Source: Nemertoderma westbladi (taxonomy: Eukaryota; Animalia; Xenacoelomorpha). From it: DNA of 49,719 bases. The position numbers and the translations under genes are program-made. Shown here one piece after another: positions 23,023 through 37,762 of the stretch. The notes beneath the pieces are model-generated. The model searched no databases, was not told the origin of the DNA, and saw nothing but the letters and a program-made list of their open reading frames with translations. The stretch spans positions 1 through 49,719 of the forward strand of contig JAUCBJ010005081.1 in the NCBI GenBank assembly GCA_032718475.1, read 5' to 3'. Within the stretch, counting starts at the first letter, position 1, and every line of letters begins with the position of its first letter.

Positions 23023-23134
23023 CAGATGTTTCAACACGATAAGTCCATCTAACCACGTAGGTGTCAGCCGAGTGAAACTGACCGAAACTTTTCATCCCCA
23101 GTTCAACTTTATCGAACTCGGACACGTGCCAAAC
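23023..23134 (-). CDS. SVIL: Supervillin-like exon
   Basis: ccctag|VWHVSEFDKVELGMKSFGQFHSADTYVVRWTYRVETS-G|gtaggt; phase 0/1; GQFH..D.YVV.W gelsolin motif. Confidence 0.95.
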
Positions 23135-23623
23135 CTAGGGAACATAGAGGTAGAACAAGGTTCTTAGAAAAGTAGTCCAAACTCCAAACCAATGCAACGT
23201 CCAGTTCCACTAAATACATCATCCAAAAATTAACCGTAACCTTTAAACTATTACATTAACAAATCTAAATATTAATAAAAATTAAAATTTCCATATTTCA
23301 TAAAACTTACAGTTACAATACAATTCGGGATACAATAGAGTCCGGGAATAAAAGCCTCAAATGATTCTAAACGAAGCTTTCAAATTTTCATTAAATAATA
23401 GCAAAATGTAGTTCACTCGCTTTATTTGTGACAAGTTCTACTATACGACGCGGTTTACTATACGATTTAATGAATAGACATCTACGCAACATCCGCAATC
23501 GGTAACCACACGGCGACGATACCTGTAGTGATTGCTATAATCTCAAATCGTCGAAGGGTTTAACATTGTCGATATTTCTCTATAAGGTCTTTCATTTGCT
23601 TTAAGGGCGTAGTTTCTATAGCA

Positions 23624-26600
23624 ACTTACCTGGACCTCAATACTTGTGACTGAGTGTCCACGTATTTCTATTGGACCCAACTAACCTGGACCTAAATACT
23701 TGTGACTGAGTGTCCACGTATTTCTATTGGACCCAACTTACCTGGACCTAAATACTTGTGACTGAGTGTCCACGTCTTTCTATTGGACCCAACTTACCTG
23801 GACCTAAATACTTGTGACTGAGTGTCCACGTCTTTCTATTGGACCCAACTTACCTGGACCACAATACTTGTGACTGAGTGTCCACGTCTTTCTATTGGAC
23901 CCAACTAACCTGGACCTAAATACTTGTGACTGAGTGTCCACGTATTTCTATTGGACCCAACTTACCTGGACCTAAATACTTGTGACTGAGTGTCCACGTC
24001 TTTCTATTGGACCCAACTTACCTGGACCTAAATACTTGTGACTGAGTGTCCACATCTTTCTATTGGACCCAACTTACCTGGACCTAAATACTTGTGACTG
24101 AGTGTCCACGTCTTTCTATTGAACCCAACTTACCTGGACCTCAATACTTGTGACTGAGTGTCCACGTATTTCTATTGGACCCAACTTACCTGGACCTCAA
24201 TACTTGTGACTGAGTGTCCACGTCTTTCTATTGGACCCAACTTACCTGGACCTCAATACTTGTGACTGAGTGTCCACGTCTTTCTATTGGACCCAACTTA
24301 CCTGGACCTCAATACTTGTGACTGAGTGTCCACGTCTTTCTATTGAACCCAACTTACCTGGACCTCAATACTTGTGACTGAGTGTCCACGTCTTTCTATT
24401 GGACCCAACTTACCTGGACCTCAATACTTGTGACTGAGTGTCCACGTCTTTCTATTGGACCCAACTTACCTGGACCTCAATACTTGTGACTGAGTGTCCA
24501 CATCTTTCTATTGGACCCAACTTACCTGGACCTAAATACTTGTGACTGAGTGTCCACGTCTTTCTATTGAACCCAACTTACCTGGACCTCAATACTTGTG
24601 ACTGAGTGTCCACGTATTTCTATTGGACCCAACTTACCTGGACCTCAATACTTGTGACTGAGTGTCCACGTCTTTCTATTGGACCCAACTTACCTGGACC
24701 TCAATACTTGTGACTGAGTGTCCACGTCTTTCTATTGGACCCAACTTACCTGGACCTAAATACTTGTGACTGAGTGTCCACTTATTTCTATTGGACCCAA
24801 CTTACCTGGACCTAAATACTTGTGACTGAGTGTCCACGTCTTTCTATTGGACCCAACTTACCTGGACCTAAATACTTGTGACTGAGTGTCCACATCTTTC
24901 TATTGGACCCAACTTACCTGGACCTAAATACTTGTGACTGAGTGTCCACGTCTTTCTATTGAACCCAACTTACCTGGACCTCAATACTTGTGACTGAGTG
25001 TCCACGTCTTTCTATTGGACCCAACTTACCTGGACCTAAATACTTGTGACTGAGTGTCCACGTCTTTCTATTGAACCCAACTTACCTGGACCTCAATACT
25101 TGTGACTGAGTGTCCACGTATTTCTATTGGACCCAACTTACCTGGACCTCAATACTTGTGACTGAGTGTCCACGTCTTTCTATTGGACCCAACTTACCTG
25201 GACCTCAATACTTGTGACTGAGTGTCCACGTCTTTCTATTGGACCCAACTTACCTGGACCACAATACTTGTGACTTGAGTGTCCACGTCTTTCTATTGGA
25301 CCCAACTTACCTGGACCTCAATACTTGTGACTGAGTGTCCACGTATTTCTATTGGGTCCAACTTACCTGGACCTCAATACTTGTGACTGAGTGTCCACGT
25401 CTTTCTATTGGGTCCAACTTACCTGGACCTCAATACTTGTGACTGAGTGTCCACGTCTTTCTATTGGATCCAATTTACCGGCACCTCAATACTTGGTCCA
25501 CGTCTTTCTATTGGACCCAACTTACCTGGACCACAATACTTGTGACTTGAGTGTCCACGTCTTTCTATTGGACCCAACTTACCTGGACCTCAATACTTGT
25601 GACTGAGTGTCCACGTATTTCTATTGGGTCCAACTTACCTGGACCTCAATACTTGTGACTGAGTGTCCACGTCTTTCTATTGGGTCCAACTTACCTGGAC
25701 CTCAATACTTGTGACTTGAGTGTCCACGTCTTTCTATTGGACCCAACTTACCTGGACCTCAATACTTGTGACTGAGTGTCCACGTCTTTCTATTGGACCC
25801 AACTTACCTGGACCTCAATTCTTGTGACTGAGTGTCCACGTCTTTCTATTGGACCCAACGTACCTGGACCTCAATACTTGTGACTGAGTGTACACATCTT
25901 TATATTGGGTCCAACTTACCTGGACCTCAATACTTGTGACTGAGCGTCCACGTCTTTCTATTGGACCCAACTTACCTGGACCTCAATTATTGTGACTGAG
26001 TGTCCACGTCTTTCTATTGGACCCAACTTACCTGGACCTCAATTCTTGTGACTGAGTGTCCACGTCTTTCTATTAGACCCAACTTACCTGGACCTCAATA
26101 CTTGTGACTGAGTGTCCACGTCTTTCTATTGGACCCAACTTACCTGGACCTCAATACTTGTGACTGAGTGTCCACGTCTTTCTATTGGACCCAACTTACC
26201 TGGACCTCAATTATTGTGACTGAGTGTCCACGTCTTTCTATTGGACCCAACTTACCTGGACCTCAATACTTGTGACTGAGTGTCCACGTCTTTCTATTGG
26301 ACCCAACTTACCTGGACCTCAATACTTGTGACTGAGTGTCCACGTCTTTCTATTGGACCCAACTTACCTGGACCTCAATTCTTGTGACTGAGTGTCCACG
26401 TCTTTCTATTGGACCCAACTTACCTGGACCTCAATACTTGTGACTGAGTGTCCATGTCTTTCTATTGGACCCAACTTACCTGGACCTCAATACTTGTGAC
26501 TGAGTGTCCATGTCTTTCTATTGGACCCAACTTACCTGGACCTCAATTCTTGTGACTGAGTGTCCACGTCTTTCTATTGGACCCAACTTACCTGGACCTA

Positions 26601-29600
26601 AATACTTGTGACTGAGTGTCCACTTATTTCTATTGGACCCAACTTACCTGGACCTAAATACTTGTGACTGAGTGTCCACGTCTTTCTATTGGACCCAACT
26701 TACCTGGACCTAAATACTTGTGACTGAGTGTCCACATCTTTCTATTGGACCCAACTTACCTGGACCTAAATACTTGTGACTGAGTGTCCACGTCTTTCTA
26801 TTGAACCCAACTTACCTGGACCTCAATACTTGTGACTGAGTGTCCACGTCTTTCTATTGGACCCAACTTACCTGGACCTAAATACTTGTGACTGAGTGTC
26901 CACATCTTTCTATTGGACCCAACTTACCTGGACCTAAATACTTGTGACTGAGTGTCCACGTCTTTCTATTGAACCCAACTTACCTGGACCTCAATACTTG
27001 TGACTGAGTGTCCACGTATTTCTATTGGACCCAACTTACCTGGACCTCAATACTTGTGACTGAGTGTCCACGTCTTTCTATTGGACCCAACTTACCTGGA
27101 CCTCAATACTTGTGACTGAGTGTCCACGTATTTCTATTGGACCCAACTTACCTGGACCTCAATACTTGTGACTGAGTGTCCACGTCTTTCTATTGGACCC
27201 AACTTACCTGGACCTCAATACTTGTGACTGAGTGTCCACGTCTTTCTATTGGACCCAACTTACCTGGACCACAATACTTGTGACTTGAGTGTCCACGTCT
27301 TTCTATTGGACCCAACTTACCTGGACCTCAATACTTGTGACTGAGTGTCCACGTATTTCTATTGGGTCCAACTTACCTGGACCTCAATACTTGTGACTGA
27401 GTGTCCACGTCTTTCTATTGGGTCCAACTTACCTGGACCTCAATACTTGTGACTGAGTGTCCACGTCTTTCTATTGGATCCAATTTACCGGCACCTCAAT
27501 ACTTGGTCCACGTCTTTCTATTGGACCCAACTTACCTGGACCACAATACTTGTGACTTGAGTGTCCACGTCTTTCTATTGGACCCAACTTACCTGGACCT
27601 CAATACTTGTGACTGAGTGTCCACGTATTTCTATTGGGTCCAACTTACCTGGACCTCAATACTTGTGACTGAGTGTCCACGTCTTTCTATTGGGTCCAAC
27701 TTACCTGGACCTCAATACTTGTGACTGAGTGTCCACGTCTTTCTATTGGATCCAATTTACCGGCACCTCAATACTTGGTCCACGTCTTTCTATTGGACCC
27801 AACTTACCTGGACCACAATACTTGTGACTTGAGTGTCCACGTCTTTCTATTGGACCCAACTTACCTGGACCTCAATACTTGTGACTGAGTGTCCACGTAT
27901 TTCTATTGGGTCCAACTTACCTGGACCTCAATACTTGTGACTGAGTGTCCACGTCTTTCTATTGGGTCCAACTTACCTGGACCTCAATACTTGTGACTTG
28001 AGTGTCCACGTCTTTCTATTGGACCCAACTTACCTGGACCTCAATACTTGTGACTGAGTGTCCACGTCTTTCTATTGGACCCAACTTACCTGGACCTCAA
28101 TTCTTGTGACTGAGTGTCCACGTCTTTCTATTGGACCCAACGTACCTGGACCTCAATACTTGTGACTGAGTGTACACATCTTTATATTGGGTCCAACTTA
28201 CCTGGACCTCAATACTTGTGACTGAGCGTCCACGTCTTTCTATTGGACCCAACTTACCTGGACCTCAATTATTGTGACTGAGTGTCCACGTCTTTCTATT
28301 GGACCCAACTTACCTGGACCTCAATTCTTGTGACTGAGTGTCCACGTCTTTCTATTAGACCCAACTTACCTGGACCTCAATACTTGTGACTGAGTGTCCA
28401 CGTCTTTCTATTGGACCCAACTTACCTGGACCTCAATACTTGTGACTGAGTGTCCACGTCTTTCTATTGGACCCAACTTACCTGGACCTCAATTATTGTG
28501 ACTGAGTGTCCACGTCTTTCTATTGGACCCAACTTACCTGGACCTCAATACTTGTGACTGAGTGTCCACGTCTTTCTATTGGACCCAACTTACCTGGACC
28601 TCAATACTTGTGACTGAGTGTCCACGTCTTTCTATTGGACCCAACTTACCTGGACCTCAATTCTTGTGACTGAGTGTCCACGTCTTTCTATTGGACCCAA
28701 CTTACCTGGACCTCAATACTTGTGACTGAGTGTCCATGTCTTTCTATTGGACCCAACTTACCTGGACCTCAATACTTGTGACTGAGTGTCCATGTCTTTC
28801 TATTGGACCCAACTTACCTGGACCTCAATTCTTGTGACTGAGTGTCCACGTCTTTCTATTGGACCCAACTTACCTGGACCTCAATACTTGTGACTGAGTG
28901 TCCACGTCTTTCTATTGGACCCAACTTACCTGGACCTCAATTCTTGTGACTGAGTGTCCACGTCTTTCTATTGGACCCAACTTACCTGGACCTCAATACT
29001 TGTGACTGAGTGTCCATGTCTTTCTATTGGACCCAACTTACCTGGACCTCAATTCTTGTGACTGAGTGTCCACGTCTTTCTATTGGACCCAACTTACCTG
29101 GACCTCAATACTTGTGACTGAGTGTCCACGTCTTTCTATTGGACCCAACTTACCTGGACCTCAATTCTTGTGACTGAGTGTCCACGTCTTTCTATTGGAC
29201 CCAACTTACCTGGACCTCAATACTTGTGACTGAGTGTCCATGTCTTTCTATTGGACCCAACTTACCTGGACCTCAATACTTGTGACTGAGTGTCCACGTC
29301 TTTCTATTGGACCCAACTTACCTGGACCTCAATACTTGTGACTGAGTGTCCACGTCTTTCTATTGGACCCAACTTACCTGGACCTCAATACTTGTGACTG
29401 AGTGTCCACGTCTTTCTATTGGACCCAACTTACCTGGACCTCAATACTTGTGACTGAGTGTCCACGTCTTTCTATTGGATCCAATTTCCCTGCACCTCAA
29501 TACTTGGTCCACGTCTTTCTATTGGACCCAACTTACCTGGACCTCAATACTTGTGACTGAGTGCCCACGTCTTTCTATTGGGTCCAACTTACCTGCACTT

Positions 29601-32110
29601 CAATACTTGTGACTGAGTGTCCACGTCTTTCTATTGGATCCAATTTACCTGCACCTCAATACTTGGTCCACGTCTTTCTATTGGACCCAACTTACCTGGA
29701 CCTCAATACTTGTGACTGAGTGTCCACGTCTTTCTATTGGGTCCAACTTACCTGGACCTCAATACTTGTGACTGAGTGTCCACGTCTTTCTATTGGACCC
29801 AACTTACCTGGACCTCAATACTTGTGACTGAGTGACCACGTCTTTCTATTGGGTCCAACTTCCTGGACCTCAATACTTGTGACTGAGTGTCCACGTCTTT
29901 CTATTGGACCCAACTTACCTGGACCTCAATACTTGTGACTGAGTGCCCATGTCTTTCTATTGGGTCCAACTTACCTGCACTTCAATACTTGTGACTGAGT
30001 GTCCATGTCTTTCTATTGGACCCAACTTACCTGGACCTCAATACTTGTGACTGAGTGTCCACGTCTTTCTATTGGACCCAACTTACCTGGACCTCAATAC
30101 TTGTGACTGAGAGTCCACGTCTTTCTATTGGACCCAACTTACCTGGACCTCAATACTTGTGACTGAGTGTCCACGTCTTTCTATTGGATCCAATTTCCCT
30201 GCACCTCAATACTTGGTCCACGTCTTTCTATTGGACCCAACTTACCTGGACCTCAATACTTGTGACTGAGTGCCCACGTCTTTCTATTGGGTCCAACTTA
30301 CCTGCACTTCAATACTTGTGACTGAGTGTCCACGTCTTTCTATTGGATCCAATTTACCTGCACCTCAATACTTGGTCCACGTCTTTCTATTGGACCCAAC
30401 TTACCTGGACCTCAATACTTGTGACTGAGTGTCCACGTCTTTCTATTGGGTCCAACTTACCTGGACCTCAATACTTGTGACTGAGTGTCCACGTCTTTCT
30501 ATTGGACCCAACTTACCTGGACCTCAATACTTGTGACTGAGTGCCCACGTCTTTCTATTGGGTCCAACTTCCTGGACCTCAATACTTGTGACTGGGTGTC
30601 CACGTCTTTCTATTGGACCCAACTCACCTGGACCTCAATACTTGTGACTGAGTGCCCACGTCTTTCTATTGGGTCCAACTTACCTGCACTTCAATACTTG
30701 TGACTGAGTGTCCACGTATTTCTATTGGACCCAACTTACCTGGACCTCAATACTTGTGACAGAGTGTACACATCTTTCTATTGGGTCCAACTTACCTGGA
30801 CCTCAATACTTGTGACTGAGTGTCCACGTCTTTCTATTGGACCCAACTTACCTGGACCTCAATACTTGTGACTGAGTGTACACATCTTTCTATTGGGTTC
30901 AACTTACCTGGACCTCAATACTTGTGACTAAGTGTCCACGTCTTTCTATTGGACACAACTTACCTGGACCTCAATACTTGTGACTGAGTGTCTACGTATT
31001 TCTATTGGACCCAACTTACCTGGACCTCAATACTTGTGACTGAGTGTCCACGTCTTTCTATTGGATCCAATTTACCTGCACCTCAATACTTGGTCCACGT
31101 CTTTCTATTGGACCCAACTTACCTGGACCTCAATACTTGTGACTGAGTGTCCACGTCTTTCTATTGAACCCAACTTACCTGGACCTCAATACTTGTGACT
31201 GAGTGTCCACGTCTTTCTATTGGTTCCAACTTACCTGGACCTCAATACTTGTGACTGAGTGTCCGCGTCTTTCTATTGGACCCAACTTACCTGGACCTCA
31301 ATACTTGTGACTGAGTGCCCACGTCTTTCTATTGGGTTCAACTTACCTGGACCTCAATACTTGTGACTAAGTGTCCACGTCTTTCTATTGGACACAACTT
31401 ACCTGGACCTCAATACTTGTGACTGAGTGTCTACGTATTTCTATTGGACCCAACTTACCTGGACCTCAATACTTGTGACTGAGTGTCCACGTCTTTCTAT
31501 TGGATCCAATTTACCTGCACCTCAATACTTGGTCCACGTCTTTCTATTGGACCCAACTTACCTGGACCTCAATACTTGTGACTGAGTGTCCACGTCTTTC
31601 TATTGAACCCAACTTACCTGGACCTCAATACTTGTGACTGAGTGTCCACGTCTTTCTATTGGTTCCAACTTACCTGGACCTCAATACTTGTGACTGAGTG
31701 TCCGCGTCTTTCTATTGGACCCAACTTACCTGGACCTCAATACTTGTGACTGAGTGCCCACGTCTTTCTATTGGGTTCAACTTACCTGGACCTCAATACT
31801 TGTGACTAAGTGTCCACGTCTTTCTATTGGACACAACTTACCTGGACCTCAATACTTGTGACTGAGTGTCTACGTATTTCTATTGGACCCAACTTACCTG
31901 GACCTCAATACTTGTGACTGAGTGTCCACGTCTTTCTATTGGATCCAATTTACCTGCACCTCAATACTTGGTCCACGTCTTTCTATTGGACCCAACTTAC
32001 CTGGACCTCAATACTTGTGACTGAGTGTCCACGTCTTTCTATTGGACCCAACTTACCTGGACCTCAATACTTGTGACTGAGTGTCCACGTCTTTCTATTG
32101 GGTCCAATTT
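23624..32110. repeat. 56-bp tandem array (~150 copies) of exon end plus splice donor
   Basis: Minus unit TGGGTCCAATAGAAAGACGTGGACACTCAGTCACAAGTATTGAGGTCCAG|GTAAGT. 47-bp deletion variants and higher-order blocks are present. Confidence 0.97.
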
Positions 32111-32224
32111 ACCAGAGCCACGGCCCAAATTAATACCTTCTAGAACCAGTCCTGGTGTTACTGGCGCCCCGTCTCCCATCATTAGTCGTGCGTCGGTAGG
32201 TCGGAGATCCGATATCGCATCCCC
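32057..32224 (-). CDS. SVIL: Supervillin-like exon, flanked by arrays on both sides
   Basis: atttag|GDAISDLRPTDARLMM...LVLEGINLGRGSGKLDPIERRGHSVTSIEVQ|gtaagt; phase 0/0; matches the supervillin segment ILDGVNVGRG.G as I recall it. Confidence 0.92.
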
Positions 32225-32229
32225 CTAAA

Positions 32230-35200
32230 TATAAGGAAGGATAAGGAAATATAACGAATGATATAAGGAAATATAATGAATGATAAGGAAATATAATGAA
32301 TGATAAGGAAATATAATGAATGATAAGGAAATATAATGAATGACAAGGAAATATAATGAATGATAAGGAAATATAATGAATGATAAGGAAATATAATGAA
32401 TGATAAGGAAATATAATGAATGATAAGGAAATATAATGAATGATAAGGATATATAATGAATGATAAGGAAATATAATGAATGACAAGGAAATATAATGAA
32501 TGATAAGGAAATATAATGAATGATAAGGAAATATAATGAATGATAAGGAAATATAATGAATGATAAGGAAATATAATGAATGATAAGGAAATATAATGAA
32601 TGATAAGGATATATAATGAATGATAAGGAAATATAATGAATGACAAGGAAATATAATGAATGATAAGGAAATATAATGAATGATAAGGAAATATAATGAA
32701 TGATAAGGAAATATAATGAATGATAAGGAAATATAATGAATGATAAGGAAATATAATGAATGATAAGGAAATATAATGAATGATAAGGATATATAATGAA
32801 TGATAAGGAAATATAATGAATGATAAGGATATATAATGAATGATAAGGAAATATAATGAATGATAAGGAAATATAATGAATGATAGGAAATATAATGAAT
32901 GATAAGGAAATATAATGAATGATAAGGAAATATAATGAATGATAAGGAAATATAATGAATGATAAGGATATATAATGAATGATAAGGATATATAATGAAT
33001 GATAAGGATATATAATGAATGATAAGGAAATATAATGAATGATAAGGAAATATAATGAATGATAGGAAATATAATGAATGACAAGGAAATATAATGAATG
33101 ATAGGAAATATAATGAATGATAAGGAAATATAATGAATGATAAGGAAATATAATGAATGATAAGGATATATAATGAATGATAAGGATATATAATGAATGA
33201 TAAGGACATATAATGAATGATAAGGAAATATAATGAATGATAAGGAAATATAATGAATGATAAGGAAATATAATGAATGATAAGGAAATATAATGAATGA
33301 TAAGGAAATATAATGAATGATAAGGATATATAATGAATGATAAGGAAATATAATGAATGATAAGGAAATATAATGAATGATAAGGAAATGTAATGAATGA
33401 TAGGAAATATAATGAATGATAAGGAAATATAATGAATGATAAGGAAATATAATGAATGATAAGGAAATATAATGAATGATAAGGAAATATAATGAATGAT
33501 AAGGAAATATAATGAATGATAAGGAAATATAATGAATGATAAGGATATATAATGAATGATAAGGAAATATAATGAATGATAAGGACATATAATGAATGAT
33601 AAGGATATATAATGAATGATAAGGAAATATAATGAATGATAAGGAAATATAATGAATGATAAGGAAATATAATGAATGATAAGGAAATATAATGAATGAC
33701 AAGGAAATATAATGAATGATAAGGAAATATAATGAATGATAAGGATATATAATGAATGATAAGGAAATATAATGAATGATAAGGAAATATAATGAATGAT
33801 AAGGAAATATAATGAATGATAAGGAAATATAATGAATGATAAGGATATATAATGAATGATAGGAAATATAATGAATGATAAGGAAATATAATGAATGATA
33901 AGGAAATATAATGAATGATAAGGATATATAATGAATGATAGGAAATATAATGAATGATAAGGAAATATAATGAATGATAAGGAAATATAATGAATGACAA
34001 GGAAATATAATGAATGATAAGGAAATATAATGAATGATAAGGAAATATAATGAATGATAAGGAAATATAATGAATGATAAGGAAATATAATGAATGATAA
34101 GGATATATAATGAATGATAAGGATATATAATGAATGATAAGGATATATAATGAATGATAAGGAAATATAATGAATGATAAGGAAATATAATGAATGATAG
34201 GAAATATAATGAATGATAGGAAATATAATGAATGATAAGGAAATATAATGAATGATAAGGATATATAATGAATGATAAGGAAATATAATGAATGATAAGG
34301 AAATATAATGAATGATAAGGATATATAATGAATGATAAGGATATATAATGAATGATAAGGAAATATAATGAATGATAAGGAAATATAATGAATGATAGGA
34401 AATATAATGAATGATAAGGAAATATAATGAATGATAAGGAAATATAATGAATGATAAGGAAATATAATGAATGATAAGGATATATAATGAATGATAAGGA
34501 AATATAATGAATGATAAGGAAATATAATGAATGATAAGGATATATAATGAATGATAAGGAAATATAATGAATGATAAGGATATATAATGAATGATAAGGA
34601 TATATAATGAATGATAAGGATATATAATGAATGATAAGGAAATATAATGAATGATAAGGAAATATAATGAATGATAAGGATATATAATGAATGATAAGGA
34701 TATATAATGAATGATAAGGATATATAATGAATGATAAGGAAATATAATGAATGATAAGGAAATATAATGAATGATAAGGAAATATAATGAATGATAAGGA
34801 AATATAATGAATGATAAGGAAATATAATGAATGATAAGGAAATATAATGAATGATAAGGATATATAATGAATGATAAGGAAATATAATGAATGATAAGGA
34901 CATATAATGAATGATAAGGAAATATAATGAATGATAAGGAAATATAATGAATGATAAGGAAATATAATGAATGATAAGGAAATATAATGAATGATAAGGA
35001 AATATAATGAATGATAAGGAAATATAATGAATGATAAGGATATATAATGAATGATAAGGAAATATAATGAATGATAAGGAAATATAATGAATGATAAGGA
35101 AATATAATGAATGATAAGGAAATATAATGAATGATAAGGAAATATAATGAATGATAAGGATATATAATGAATGATAAGGAAATATAATGAATGATAAGGA

Positions 35201-36339
35201 AATATAATGAATGATAGGAAATATAATGAATGATAAGGAAATATAATGAATGATAAGGAAATATAATGAATGATAAGGACATATAATGAATGATAAGGAC
35301 ATATAATGAATGATAAGGAAATATAATGAATGATAAGGACATATAATGAATGATAAGGAAATATAATGAATGATAAGGAAATATAATGAATGATAAGGAA
35401 ATATAATGAATGATAAGGAAATATAATGAATGATAAGGAAATATAATGAATGATAAGGAAATATAATGAATGATAAGGATATATAATGAATGATAAGGAA
35501 ATATAATGAATGATAAGGACATATAATGAATGATAAGGAAATATAATGAATGATAAGGAAATATAATGAATGATAAGGAAATATAATGAATGATAAGGAT
35601 ATATAATGAATGATAAGGAAATATAATGAATGATAAGGAAATATAATGAATGATAGGAAATATAATGAATGATAAGGAAATATAATGAATGATAAGGAAA
35701 TATAATGAATGATAAGGAAATATAATGAATGATAAGGATATATAATGAATGATAAGGAAATATAATGAATGATAAGGACATATAATGAATGATAAGGATA
35801 TATAATGAATGATAAGGAAATATAATGAATGATAAGGATATATAATGAATGATAAGGATATATAATGAATGATAAGGATATATAATGAATGATAAGGAAA
35901 TATAATGAATGATAAGGAAATATAATGAATGATAAGGATATATAATGAATGATAAGGATATATAATGAATGATAAGGATATATAATGAATGATAAGGAAA
36001 TATAATGAATGATAAGGAAATATAATGAATGATAGGAAATATAATGAATGATAAGGAAATATAATGAATGATAAGGAAATATAATGAATGATAAGGAAAT
36101 ATAATGAATGATAAGGATATATAATGAATGATAAGGAAATATAATGAATGATAAGGACATATAATGAATGATAAGGAAATATAATGAATGATAAGGATAT
36201 ATAATGAATGATAAGGAAATATAATGAATGATAAGGAAATATAATGAATGATAAGGAAATATAATGAATGATAAGGAAATATAATGAATGATAAGGAAAT
36301 ATAATGAATGATAAGGACATATAATGAATGATAAGGAAA
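32230..36339. repeat. 20-bp satellite (~205 copies) abutting a splice acceptor
   Basis: Plus unit ATAATGAATGATAAGGAAAT. On minus it reads ATTTCCTTATCATTCATTAT and grades into the polypyrimidine tract ATTTCCTTATCCTTCCTTATATTTAG. Confidence 0.97.
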
Positions 36340-36439
36340 CTTATATTTAAAAATAAAACTATTAAAAAAATTCGATTTGCAATTCTATTTATAATAAAAG
36401 CGTTTATTAGTCCAAACTATGGGTTCTTTTATGAACACC

Positions 36440-37250
36440 TTAAGGATCTACTGCCGTTCATTTTAATTCAAATAACCATGTTATATAACCTGTGTTTGAA
36501 CTGCTCATCGATACCCTTGGCCTGGAAATCGAGTTTTATTTATATTCTGTTCAAAGGCAAAGGGTCTCGACGGGATCCCGACAATTACCGTGGCATTTCC
36601 CTGATAGCAGTTTTTCTAAAAATTCTCACATAGATTTTTAACAAAAGAATTATGTCAAATCTAGCTTCCCAGTTCCCACCAGATCAATATGGGCTTCTGC
36701 GTGGAAAGTCAACAACTCAAGCCTTAGATAAATTCCTTTCTCATATACATAACTCAATAAGCTGATCATCACGCAGTGACCGTAAAGTATACGCCTGTTT
36801 TATTGATTTTAAAAAGGCTTTTGACTTTGTTTCTAGAGATAAACTTTTATATAAAATTTACAACTCCGGTATTAAGGGGAAAGTTTATAATATTATTCGC
36901 GATATTTTCAATAACTCAATTCGTATATTTGATGGTCTTAGACTCACTAACGTTATTAGCCAGCTTAGAGGTGTTTTACAGGGAGATTGTTTATCTCCGA
37001 CATTATTTTTGTTATTCATTTCAGATTTGGCCTACAGACTTCTTTCTATAGCCCACACTATTTTTATTATATTTTATGCAGATGATCTAGTAACTTACTC
37101 AAACAGTGCCACAGACATACAGTTAGCTTTAAACCTAGTACATTTATGGTGTTCGGAGAATGATGGTTAACCTTAAGAAAACTAAAATCGTAAAATTTAG
37201 GAAAGGTGGCCGATTAAATAACAGCGATGTATTTTATTTCGGTGGTGATA
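36440..37250 (+). pseudogene. Decayed non-LTR retrotransposon reverse transcriptase (clade uncertain)
   Basis: IPLAWKSSFIYILFKGKG..DPDNYRGISL, FIDFKKAFD, GVLQGDCLSPTLF and FYADD, interrupted by stops and frameshifts. Confidence 0.88.
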
Positions 37251-37619
37251 TTGACAAATCGGACCGATTATCGTATTTGGTGTTATTGTTTACGTGGTAA
37301 CCCATGACGGCATTAAGTAATGTCCACTAAGGGGACATTACCGCGTAAACAATAGGTGAGAATTTGCCTGACAGCCAGATAGGCCTACTGCATTACCTAC
37401 CGGTGGGCGGGGTATAGCTATTAATAACCAGTAGGGCCTAGCTATATTATTATAACATCGCTCCAAACGCCACCATAAATATAAGCTAACTTTTTTATAA
37501 CATAATTTATGTCATTTTTACATTTATTTATACAGCAACTAATTTAATTTGTGCAGTTTCTATCATTTATAATGTATATATACAATCATTTGGTAATGTT
37601 AAAATTTTGGAATAAAACT

Positions 37620-37762
37620 ACATACATACTTGTTGCAAAGTACTTTGCAGTGTTCTGATCCTCGTGGCTTTATCTTCACTCACTCACTAACGTTCGTTCG
37701 TGTAACAAAGCACTCGGATTATCACACTGTAAAGTGCTACTTTACACACAAGTATGTAAATA
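37620..37762. repeat. ~140-bp imperfect palindrome (MITE/hairpin-like)
   Basis: Nested arms ACATACTTGT/ACAAGTATGT and ACTTTGCAGTG/CACTGTAAAGT. Confidence 0.6.

Noticed and set aside
32130-36320. Three 1200-1400-aa minus-strand ORFs
   Set aside because: Translations of a stop-free 20-bp satellite, open in all three frames.
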